The notes beneath the pieces are model-generated. The model saw nothing but the letters and a program-made list of their open reading frames with translations, was not told where the DNA came from and searched no databases. A DNA stretch of 64,000 nt from Candidatus Fimousia sp. (GTDB lineage Bacteria > Bacillota > Clostridia > Lachnospirales > Lachnospiraceae): NCBI GenBank assembly GCA_045616445.1, contig JAZLGR010000017.1, positions 2,202-66,201 on the forward strand, given 5' to 3'. Below are positions 30,303 through 38,031 of this stretch, in pieces. Every line of letters starts with the position of its first letter. Positions within the stretch are counted from its first letter, which is position 1. Made by a program: the position numbers and the translations under genes.

Positions 30303-30662
30303 TTATTTAACTGTAACTTTAGCTCCAACGTCTTCAAGTTTTTTCTTGATTTCTTCAGCTTCTTCTTTAGATACAGCTTCTTTGATAACTTTTGGAGCAC
30401 CATCAACAACAGCTTTAGCTTCTTTTAAGCCTAAACCTGTGATTGCACGTACTTCTTTGATAACTTTAACTTTAGCGCCGCCTACTTCTGTTAATTCAAC
30501 GTCGAATTCTGTTTTTTCTTCAGCTGCTTCTGCAGGACCTGCTGCTACTACAACACCTGCTGCTGCGGATACGCCAAATTCTTCTTCACATGCTTTAACT
30601 AATTCGTTTAATTCTAATACTGTTAAACCTTTAATAACTTCAATGATTTCCTGAATTGTCAT
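30303..30662 (-). CDS. rplL: 50S ribosomal protein L7/L12
   Basis: Characteristic Ala-rich hinge and C-terminal domain [25 protein letters not shown]. Confidence 0.97.
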   Translation of the reverse strand: MTIQEIIEVIKGLTVLELNELVKACEEEFGVSAAAGVVVAAGPAEAAEEKTEFDVELTEVGGAKVKVIKEVRAITGLGLKEAKAVVDGAPKVIKEAVSKEEAEEIKKKLEDVGAKVTVK

Positions 30663-30738
30663 TGTTATTTTCCTCCATAAAATAAATATTTGTTTTTGTT
30701 TGAATCAAAACTGATTCGGATAAATTTTGAATTAAAAA

Positions 30739-31242
30739 TTATTCAGCTGCTTCTTCTCCACCTTCTGGATCTGCAATCTGTTTGATTACACGAGCGAAGT
30801 TTGTGATTGGAGACTGTAAGCTTCCAAGTAATTTGGAAAGTAATTCTTCTCTTCCAGGGATTGTTGCGATAACCTGGATACCATCTTTGTCGTAGTATGT
30901 ACCTTCAACTACGCCAGATTTTAATTCGAAAGGTTTTACTGTCTTTGCATATTTTGCTGCAATTCGAGCTGGAGCTGTTGCATCTTCTTTAGCGATTGCG
31001 ATAGCTGTTGGACCTTCTAAATCAGCTGTTAATGGTTCGAATTCTGTTCCCTGAACTGCAAAACGGATCATAGTATTCTTATATACTTTGTATACGATAC
31101 CAGCTTCACGAAATTCTTTACGTAATTTAGTATCGTCTTCTACTGTAATACCACGGTACTGGATTAATACAGCGGAAGCAGCTCCGTCTAAAAGTCCTTT
31201 GATTTCTTCAACGATAGGCTGTTTTAATTCTACTTTTGCCAT
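30739..31242 (-). CDS. rplJ: 50S ribosomal protein L10
   Basis: 167 aa immediately upstream of rplL, with a structured leader in front. Confidence 0.95.
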   Translation of the reverse strand: MAKVELKQPIVEEIKGLLDGAASAVLIQYRGITVEDDTKLRKEFREAGIVYKVYKNTMIRFAVQGTEFEPLTADLEGPTAIAIAKEDATAPARIAAKYAKTVKPFELKSGVVEGTYYDKDGIQVIATIPGREELLSKLLGSLQSPITNFARVIKQIADPEGGEEAAE

Positions 31243-31410
31243 TAATGGTGCACCTCCTTGTAAATTTTTGAGTATGCCGCCTGCTTTGGATAATAAAAAA
31301 ACTCCCTGCTAAACCTAGACAGAGAGTGACATTAATCATCTTAAAACTTAATATCCTCGGTAGGTTGATCTACGTTACGCTTACGCACCTACTGTCTTCG
31401 GCAGTCTTAC
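31243..31410 (-). promoter_or_regulatory. ribosomal protein L10 leader (autoregulatory 5' UTR of rplJL) with attenuator hairpin
   Basis: About 165-nt structured leader between a TTGACA-17-TAATCT promoter and rplJ. It has stems such as TAGGT...ACCTA, and a CUCUCUG...CAGGGAG hairpin followed by U8 at 31294..31326. Confidence 0.6.
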
Positions 31411-31416
31411 CAAACA

Positions 31417-31445
31417 AGATTAACATTCATTCAATATATTGTCAA
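31417..31445 (-). promoter_or_regulatory. rplJL promoter
   Basis: The minus strand reads TTGACA, a 17-nt spacer, then TAATCT with an extended TG. Confidence 0.55.
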
Positions 31446-31499
31446 GCATTTTTTATTATTTTTTCAACAAATAATCTTGTCCTGCTATGAAAAGAAAAA

Positions 31500-31534
31500 C
31501 GAAAAAAGGACCGCTACATGCCCTGTAGCGGTCC
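31500..31534 (-). terminator. intrinsic terminator after rplA
   Basis: GGACCGCTACA/TGTAGCGGTCC 11-bp stem followed by U6. Confidence 0.85.
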
Positions 31535-31565
31535 AACGTTTATCATACTTTTATTAAGCTAATAA

Positions 31566-32258
31566 TTAACCTAATTTAGCTGTATTTAATTTGATACCAG
31601 GGCCCATTGTAGAAGAGATTGTTACACTTCTTAAGTACTGGCCTTTTGCAGCTGCTGGTCTAGCTTTAATAATTGCATTAATTAAAGTCTGGAAGTTGTC
31701 ATTTAATTTATCTTCTGTGAAAGAAGCTTTACCAATTGGCACGTGGATAATGTTTGTTTTGTCAAGTCTGTATTCGATCTTACCAGCTTTGATATCTTTG
31801 ATTGCTTTTGTAACATCCATTGTTACTGTACCAGCTTTAGGGTTTGGCATTAAGCCTTTAGGTCCGAGGATACGTCCTAAACGACCAACGATACCCATCA
31901 TATCTGGTGTAGCTACAACTACGTCAAAGTCTAACCATCCATCTTTCTGGATTCTTGGTAATAATTCTTCAGCTCCTACGTAATCTGCGCCAGCTGCTTC
32001 AGCTTCATCAGCTTTAGGTCCTTTAGCGAATACTAAAACTTTAACAGTTTTACCAGTACCGTGTGGTAATACAACAGCACCACGAACCTGCTGGTCTGCA
32101 TGACGTCCATCAACGCCTAAGCGGATGTGAGCTTCGATTGTTTCATCAAATTTTGCACTTGCTGCTTTTTTTACTAAATCAATTGCATCTGCAACTTCAT
32201 AAGTAGTTGTTCTATCAACTAATTTGAGTGCTTCAGCATATCTTTTACCTTTTTTCAT
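31566..32258 (-). CDS. rplA: 50S ribosomal protein L1
   Basis: MKKGKRY...[14 protein letters not shown]...VVLPHGTGK, the canonical L1 sequence. Confidence 0.97.
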   Translation of the reverse strand: MKKGKRYAEALKLVDRTTTYEVADAIDLVKKAASAKFDETIEAHIRLGVDGRHADQQVRGAVVLPHGTGKTVKVLVFAKGPKADEAEAAGADYVGAEELLPRIQKDGWLDFDVVVATPDMMGIVGRLGRILGPKGLMPNPKAGTVTMDVTKAIKDIKAGKIEYRLDKTNIIHVPIGKASFTEDKLNDNFQTLINAIIKARPAAAKGQYLRSVTISSTMGPGIKLNTAKLG

Positions 32259-32273
32259 TTTAAAATTCCTCCT

Positions 32274-32302
32274 GTGGTATTATCGGGAGCGACCCTCCCA
32301 CC
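32274..32302 (-). promoter_or_regulatory. hairpin GTGGGAGGGT...ATACCAC abutting the rplA SD (candidate L1 binding site)
   Basis: The minus strand reads GGTGGGAGGGTCGCTCCCGATAATACCACAGGAGG. It has a GTGG/CCAC outer stem and a GGGAG/CTCCC inner stem, and a twin sits at 32777..32805. Confidence 0.45.
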
Positions 32303-32328
32303 ATTTATCTGCTATTCAATATCTCTAA

Positions 32329-32754
32329 TTATTCTTCTACTGTAACGCCCATGCTTCGTGCTGTACCAGCGATCATGCTCATAGCAGCTTCTAAGCTTCC
32401 TGCGTTTAAGTCTGGCATTTTTAATTCAGCGATTTTCTGAATGTCTGCCTTAGAAATAGTAGCAACTTTTACTCTGTTTGGTGTACCAGATCCGGACTGG
32501 ATGTTACAAGCTTTTTTGATTAATACTGGAGCTGGTGGAGTTTTTGTAATAAAGCTGAAAGATCTGTCAGCGTAAACTGTGATTACAACTGGGATGATCA
32601 TTCCTGCCTGATCAGCTGTTCTAGCATTAAAATCTTTTGTAAACTGAACGATGTTTACACCGTGCTGTCCGAGTGCTGGACCTACCGGTGGAGCTGGTGT
32701 TGCCTTGCCTGCTGGAATCTGTAATTTAATATAACCTGTTACTTTCTTCGCCAT
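32329..32754 (-). CDS. rplK: 50S ribosomal protein L11
   Basis: [35 protein letters not shown], the canonical L11 sequence. Confidence 0.97.
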   Translation of the reverse strand: MAKKVTGYIKLQIPAGKATPAPPVGPALGQHGVNIVQFTKDFNARTADQAGMIIPVVITVYADRSFSFITKTPPAPVLIKKACNIQSGSGTPNRVKVATISKADIQKIAELKMPDLNAGSLEAAMSMIAGTARSMGVTVEE

Positions 32755-32776
32755 GATAGCGCACCTCCTGATTATT

Positions 32777-32805
32777 GTGGTATAGCGGGGATTCTACCCT
32801 CCCAC
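32777..32805 (-). promoter_or_regulatory. hairpin GTGGGAGGGT...ATACCAC just upstream of the rplK SD (candidate L1 binding site)
   Basis: The minus strand reads GTGGGAGGGTAGAATCCCCGCTATACCACAATAATCAGGAGG. It shares 10-nt and 8-nt identical flanks with the rplA copy. Confidence 0.45.
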
Positions 32806-32846
32806 TGCCTGCATACGTTCACGCTTTTCGTCTGCAGACAATTCTA

Positions 32847-33368
32847 TTAGTTACTTTTCTTAATATCTAAGAATCCAATTTCAACAGAAGTAGCTCTTCC
32901 AAACATTTCAACTTCGATTTCGATTGTCTGTTTATGTTTGTTGATGCTCTTAACTGTACTTACTGCACCTTCCATAGGACCGGAGATTACAGTGATTTCA
33001 TCACCGACTTCCACGTCAATGGTAACTTCCTGTTCATTGCTGATGCCCAGGGAGCGCATCTCTGCTTCTGTTAAAGGTACTGGTTTTGATCCTGGACCTA
33101 CGAATCCTGTTACTCCTCGTGTGTTACGAACAACATACCATGTATCGTCGTCCATAATCATGTTGATGAGCACATATCCAGGAAACAGTTTTCTGGTGAC
33201 CTGTTTTTTGACGCCATTCTTGATTTCTGTTGCTTCCTCAAGTGGAACACGAACTTCCAGGATTTTGTCCTGTAATTTTCTGTTTTCAATTGCCTTTTCA
33301 AGATTGGCCTTCACTTTATTTTCATAACTTGAATAAGTATGAACTACATACCAATTTGTTTCTGCCAT
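32847..33368 (-). CDS. nusG: transcription termination/antitermination factor NusG
   Basis: NGN domain WYVVHTYSSYENKV and a C-terminal KOW domain. Positioned between secE and rplK. Confidence 0.95.
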   Translation of the reverse strand: MAETNWYVVHTYSSYENKVKANLEKAIENRKLQDKILEVRVPLEEATEIKNGVKKQVTRKLFPGYVLINMIMDDDTWYVVRNTRGVTGFVGPGSKPVPLTEAEMRSLGISNEQEVTIDVEVGDEITVISGPMEGAVSTVKSINKHKQTIEIEVEMFGRATSVEIGFLDIKKSN

Positions 33369-33385
33369 TTGATCACCTTTGCCTT

Positions 33386-33613
33386 CTAACCAATGAGTAA
33401 TTTAATGCCATACTGAAGTACCATATCAAATAAAGCAATAATTACTCCAAGACATATTGTTGAAGTTACAACTGTAATTGTGTCTTTGTAGATCTTCTCT
33501 TGTGTTGGCCAAATAATCTTGTGAAATTCAGCTTTTACGCCCTTACACCATTTTGTAATGCGTGTGCCAATTCCAGGATTCTTAGCATTCTTTGTTTTCT
33601 TAGGTTCTGCCAT
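33386..33613 (-). CDS. secE: preprotein translocase subunit SecE
   Basis: 75 aa with a single C-terminal TM. Conserved position upstream of nusG. Confidence 0.88.
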   Translation of the reverse strand: MAEPKKTKNAKNPGIGTRITKWCKGVKAEFHKIIWPTQEKIYKDTITVVTSTICLGVIIALFDMVLQYGIKLLIG

Positions 33614-33641
33614 TTCTTCACCTCATTAACAAAAAAGAGAA

Positions 33642-33791
33642 TTACTTTGTTTCTTTGTGCATTGTATGTTTTTTGCAAAATCTACAATATTTCTTTGTTT
33701 CCATTCTTTCAGAATGTACACGCTTGTCCTTTTTAGTAGTATAGTTACGCTGTTTACATTCTGTACATGCCAATGTGATTCTTGTACGCAC
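33642..33791 (-). CDS. rpmG: 50S ribosomal protein L33
   Basis: Not in the ORF track (49 aa, GTG start). My translation is [49 protein letters not shown], with GGAGGTGGAAGTT upstream. Confidence 0.9.
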   Translation of the reverse strand: MRTRITLACTECKQRNYTTKKDKRVHSERMETKKYCRFCKKHTMHKETK

Positions 33792-33883
33792 AACTTCCAC
33801 CTCCATTTACTTAAATTTAAATTTCTGGTCTTATTTTTGGGCATAAAAAAAAGACCTCTTCCATGCTAAAATATAGCTATAAT

Positions 33884-33913
33884 AATATAGCATACATGAA
33901 ACAATAGAGTCAA
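33884..33913 (-). promoter_or_regulatory. promoter of the rpmG-secE-nusG unit
   Basis: The minus strand reads TTGACT, an 18-nt spacer, then TGCTATATT (extended -10). Confidence 0.45.
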
Positions 33914-34002
33914 CTCATTTCGAAAAGTTTTTTTAATAGAACAATTCGATGGAGTTCTTCCCACAGATTCGGTCTTTTTCTACTTAAATATCATATTCTC
34001 CT

Positions 34003-34644
34003 CTAATACTCTTTTTCTTTCATAATCCTCAGGCTCCAGGCATATCCTGCTGCCATGATCGCCAGTCCAACGATGGTAAATGTTACTGCCATAACCGGGC
34101 CGGATACCTGATCAAGCTTCTGTGCAAATGTCGGTGCGCCTTTCATCATTTTACCAAAAAGCATGCCAACTGCAAAGACCAATCCTGCTAATACCACCAA
34201 GATGGTACGGCTTCTCTCTGTGCCAAACTTGATTTCAATCGGAAGCATAGCACCAAAGATTGCCATAAACAGTGGCAGCTGGGAATAAAGCTCCGCTGGC
34301 TCACTGATGAGCGGTGACATTTGCCCTCTGATGATGGCAATTCCACAGGAGATGATGATGGAGCAAATCCAGCCGATCACAACTGCTGCTTCAACGAACA
34401 GATATTTCTCCTTCACATAGTCCTTCTTTGTAATCGGAAGAGTCAGCAGAAATGGCATACAATTATCAAAATCATCATAGCTTAATGTTCCAATGGCGAA
34501 GATACCAAGGAGCATGGTACCATAACCAGATAAAAAGACGGCGTCCATGGAAGCACCCATGATCAGCATGATCACAATAAAAATAAGAAATGTCTGTTTT
34601 CTTGATGTAATCAACCGAATATCTTTGGTCAGTAATCCTTTCAT
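34003..34644 (-). CDS. ABC-2 type transporter permease
   Basis: 213 aa with six hydrophobic segments. It starts 1 nt after the upstream ATPase gene. Confidence 0.7.
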   Translation of the reverse strand: MKGLLTKDIRLITSRKQTFLIFIVIMLIMGASMDAVFLSGYGTMLLGIFAIGTLSYDDFDNCMPFLLTLPITKKDYVKEKYLFVEAAVVIGWICSIIISCGIAIIRGQMSPLISEPAELYSQLPLFMAIFGAMLPIEIKFGTERSRTILVVLAGLVFAVGMLFGKMMKGAPTFAQKLDQVSGPVMAVTFTIVGLAIMAAGYAWSLRIMKEKEY

Positions 34645-34645
34645 A

Positions 34646-35491
34646 TTATTTCCCTCCTGTCATCATCAGAATCAGGTCGTCAATGCCGCTCTTCTCAATG
34701 ACGATACCTGGATAATTGTCCTTGTAATACTGCATCTCATTGGTCAGGCAGGTATAACCATATGGTTCTTTCTTCATCTTTAAGATGTATCTGTCATCTA
34801 AGCTGCGGTACATCTCTTCATCCACCTTCAGGATACCGTACTGAGAGAGAATCACGTCGGTTTCTTCCTTCAGGATCACTGTACCCTTGTGGAGCAGGTA
34901 GATCTCATCACAGATGCCTTCTAAATCTGTTGCGATATGGGAAGTAATCAGGATGCTTCTGTCCTCATTCTCTTCCATATAATCTCTCAAAATATCTAAA
35001 ATCTCGATTCTTGCCTCCACATCAAGGCCTGCAGTCGGTTCATCCATAATAAGCAGGTCTGCATCGTGGCTCAATGCCACTAATACGCGAAGCTTTGCTT
35101 TCATACCTGTGGAAAATTCCTTGATCTTTTTACGTTCCGGAAGGCCATGCTCCCTGCAGGTTCTGATAAAATCCTGTTCGCTGCAGTCTTGATAAAGCTT
35201 ATCTAAAATCTTTGCTACATCTGTCACTGTCAGATAAGTACTAAATCCGGAATCAGAAAGTGCCACACCGACTCTTTCCTTATCTGCACCTGTCAGGTCC
35301 TCCACTGCCTTGCCAAACACGGTAACGTTCCCTGCGTCAGGATTGATCAGGCCTAAGATTGCCTTAATCGTAGTACTCTTACCTGCACCATTCTTCCCTA
35401 CCAGGCCAACGATCTGTCCATCCGGGATTTCCATAGATATATTCAGTTGATAGTCTCCATAGTGTTTTACCACTTTATTTACAGATACCAT
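34646..35491 (-). CDS. ABC transporter ATP-binding protein
   Basis: Walker A GKNGAGKST, signature FSTGMKAKL, Walker B LLIMDEPTAGLD. Confidence 0.9.
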   Translation of the reverse strand: MVSVNKVVKHYGDYQLNISMEIPDGQIVGLVGKNGAGKSTTIKAILGLINPDAGNVTVFGKAVEDLTGADKERVGVALSDSGFSTYLTVTDVAKILDKLYQDCSEQDFIRTCREHGLPERKKIKEFSTGMKAKLRVLVALSHDADLLIMDEPTAGLDVEARIEILDILRDYMEENEDRSILITSHIATDLEGICDEIYLLHKGTVILKEETDVILSQYGILKVDEEMYRSLDDRYILKMKKEPYGYTCLTNEMQYYKDNYPGIVIEKSGIDDLILMMTGGK

Positions 35492-35493
35492 AA

Positions 35494-35865
35494 CTATTCC
35501 TCCAATAAAATGTCCACGATCTCGCGAATCTCCTCATCGGTCATACCAGCTTCTCTGGCTTTGTCAATCGCCTTCGCGAAATCATCCTCCACTGCCTTAC
35601 GTCTTGCTTCTGCGGCGTAGGCACGGTCTGTTGGTAATACAAATGTCCCTTTCCCATGAACAGTTTTGACAAATCCTTCTTCGTCTAACTTGTCATAGGC
35701 TTTCTTAACAGTGAGCGCGCTGATGCGAAGCTCCTTTGACAATGCTCGTACGGAAGGTAATGCTTCATTCTCCTGTAAGCTTCCTTCAATGATGTCTTTC
35801 TTAATCTGGTCCACCAACTGTTCATAAATTGGAATCATGGATGAGTTATTTATTATAATATGCAT
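35494..35865 (-). CDS. GntR family transcriptional regulator, YtrA subfamily
   Basis: 123 aa with wHTH LPSVRALSKELRISALTVKKAYDKLDEEGFV and a short C-terminus typical of YtrA. First gene of a regulator-ABC operon. Confidence 0.85.
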   Translation of the reverse strand: MHIIINNSSMIPIYEQLVDQIKKDIIEGSLQENEALPSVRALSKELRISALTVKKAYDKLDEEGFVKTVHGKGTFVLPTDRAYAAEARRKAVEDDFAKAIDKAREAGMTDEEIREIVDILLEE

Positions 35866-35892
35866 ATTCTTTCACTCCTTATCGTTATAAAC

Positions 35893-35940
35893 AGTATATA
35901 ACAGTATATAACTGTTGTCAACTGTTATATACTGTTATAT
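35893..35940 (-). promoter_or_regulatory. promoter of the ytrA-like operon embedded in a 21-3-21 bp palindromic operator
   Basis: Arms 35896..35916 and 35920..35940 (ATATAACAGTATATAACTGTT / AACTGTTATATACTGTTATAT) have 1 mismatch. On the minus strand TTGACA sits at the dyad, followed by 17 nt and TATACT. Confidence 0.6.
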
Positions 35941-36056
35941 GCCAATTTTTTGTTTTCACTATCCATAAATGACGAAAAGATGTTACAATAGCTTCAGGTG
36001 AACACGATTCACACCTATTGCAGATTTATATGAAGTTATATAGAAAGGGGTATACT

Positions 36057-37163
36057 ATGGATTCTATTTTTGTTAGTCCAGGAAGATATATTCAAGGAAA
36101 AAATACATTAAAAAATCTTGGTTTTTATGCGGAAAAGCTTGGGAAAAAACCATTTATTTTAGTCAGCGAAGGTGGCATGAAGCGAATTGGCGACATGCTC
36201 CTTGATTCCTGTAAGGAAAAGGGGCTTGACGCCACAGCAGAGATATTTGCCGGAGAAAGCACAAGAAATGAAGTATTACGATTAGCAGCACTGATGGAAG
36301 AGATGGAAAGTGACCTTGTCATCGGTGTCGGCGGCGGAAAGGTAACCGATACTGCGAAAATGGCAGCGGTTGAGAGAAATCTTCCAGTCATCATCTGTCC
36401 AACCATCGCAGCAACCGACGGTCCAACTGCAGGACGTGCCGTACTCTATTCTGAAGAACATGTCTCTCTTCAGACACTGCAGCTACCAGCCAGCCCAAAT
36501 GTGGTTCTGGTGGATACAGAAGTCATCGCGAAGGCACCTGCAAGATTATTAGTTTCCGGAATGGGTGACGCACTTGCTACCTATTTTGAGACAAGCACCT
36601 GCGTGGTAACCAACCACCCGGCACCAAATGGCGGACTTTCTACATTAGCCGGCCGCGCACTGGCAAAAGCATGCTTTGACACCTTAATGTCCGACGGTGT
36701 ACAGGCATCCATTGACATGCAGGATCATATCTGCAGTGAAGCAGTGGAACACATCATCGAAACCAACACCTTATTATCCGGTCTTGGATTTGAGAGCGGT
36801 GGTCTTGGTGCTGCCCACGCCATCAACAAAGGCCTTACTTATGTAAGAGAATGTGACGCCCTCTATCATGGCGAAAAGGTTGCTTATGGTACACTTGCTC
36901 AGATTCTCATCGAGGAACAGGATGAAGCTTTGATTGATCAGGTATTTACCTTCTGTGCGAAAGTTGGTCTTCCAGTTTGCTTTGCAGATCTTGGAATCGA
37001 AGGCATTGAAGAAGAAAAGCTCTGGAAGGCTGCAGAAGTGGCTGCCGATCCGAAGGGTCATGCCAAGAACGAACCTGTGAAGGTAACAAAAGAGATGGTA
37101 TTCGACGCATTTGCTCGTGTTGATGCAAGAGGCCGTGAAACAAAGAAAAAATTAGGATTATAG
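36057..37163 (+). CDS. gldA: glycerol dehydrogenase
   Basis: GVGGGKVTDTAK and a metal-binding His pattern (AAHAINKG, YHGEKVAYG). Start set at ATG 36057 behind AAAGGGG; the track start is 36018. Confidence 0.85.
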   Translation: MDSIFVSPGRYIQGKNTLKNLGFYAEKLGKKPFILVSEGGMKRIGDMLLDSCKEKGLDATAEIFAGESTRNEVLRLAALMEEMESDLVIGVGGGKVTDTAKMAAVERNLPVIICPTIAATDGPTAGRAVLYSEEHVSLQTLQLPASPNVVLVDTEVIAKAPARLLVSGMGDALATYFETSTCVVTNHPAPNGGLSTLAGRALAKACFDTLMSDGVQASIDMQDHICSEAVEHIIETNTLLSGLGFESGGLGAAHAINKGLTYVRECDALYHGEKVAYGTLAQILIEEQDEALIDQVFTFCAKVGLPVCFADLGIEGIEEEKLWKAAEVAADPKGHAKNEPVKVTKEMVFDAFARVDARGRETKKKLGL

Positions 37164-37175
37164 ATGATAATAGAT

Positions 37176-37213
37176 CAAAAAAGAAGCTGGGCGTCTCGTC
37201 CAGCTTCTTTCTA
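37176..37213. terminator. bidirectional terminator between gldA and the CHAP gene
   Basis: AAGAAGCTGG/CCAGCTTCTT stem between convergent genes. Confidence 0.75.
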
Positions 37214-37232
37214 TTCTTACGTTTGTTTTTAT

Positions 37233-37862
37233 TTAAGTTAATGGTTTGCCTGTACTATCCTTGTACACTCTGAAAAACTTAACATTGTGACCATATTTAT
37301 TAGGTTGAATGGTTCGATTCTTTGCTGCGTAGGTTTTGCTACCGTCGTTCCACTTCCAGTTCTGTTCAATCAGAACAACTTTATAAGTGCCATTGGCCAG
37401 TTCTGTTGATTTCTTTACGATTGCCCAATGTCCGTTTCCTTTGCTATTGGTCTGATAGTAGATATCCCCAACTCTTGGACTCTTGATCTTCTTTGCGGTA
37501 TAACCGTTTCCAGCATTCGGTGTCGCCCCAGTAACTAAATTACTGATGGTTACTGAATAATTAGCCTTGTAAAAATTCTTCACATACTGTGCACAGCAGT
37601 AAGTACCTGTGTTGGTATTACCTGTTCCCGGACGATATTTCGCCTTTACCCCTTTATAGGTATCTACTACCTGAGGATCCTCGGTAATTCTCACCTTTGT
37701 GTAGCTCTGTCCTGCTGCTGCATCGTGTACTTCTGCTTCTGCCGCTGCTCCAATGACCTCTGCGTAGGTACTCACTCCTGAATAAGAGATACCTGTCAGC
37801 ATCAATGCAAAAATGAATAGATAGGCAACTGCTTTTTTTGTGATAGACTTGATTTTTTTCAT
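37233..37862 (-). CDS. secreted CHAP-domain protein (putative peptidoglycan amidase/endopeptidase)
   Basis: Signal peptide, Cys block GTYCCAQYVKNFY and His block GNGHWAIV. Start ATG 37862, 7 nt after GGAGG. Confidence 0.7.
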   Translation of the reverse strand: MKKIKSITKKAVAYLFIFALMLTGISYSGVSTYAEVIGAAAEAEVHDAAAGQSYTKVRITEDPQVVDTYKGVKAKYRPGTGNTNTGTYCCAQYVKNFYKANYSVTISNLVTGATPNAGNGYTAKKIKSPRVGDIYYQTNSKGNGHWAIVKKSTELANGTYKVVLIEQNWKWNDGSKTYAAKNRTIQPNKYGHNVKFFRVYKDSTGKPLT

Positions 37863-38031
37863 GTTCATTCCTCCTGTAAGTGCTTTTGTTTTACTTGTTG
37901 ACTTTATTATAGAGGAGAAACTGAACGCAAAATCAATTCTGTCATATCCACAAAACTGCTTGTTAGATTTAACGTGATTTACGTTTTATTTTACTGAAAT
38001 ATGCCAAATATGACACTTGGCACTCCAAAAA

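Noticed and set aside
35881-35940. The dense ACAGTATATA / ACTGTTATAT repeats might be a CRISPR fragment or a transposon terminal inverted repeat.
   Set aside because: There is only one 45-bp dyad, with no spacers and no second copy or transposase nearby. It coincides exactly with a promoter of a GntR autoregulator, so I treat it as an operator.
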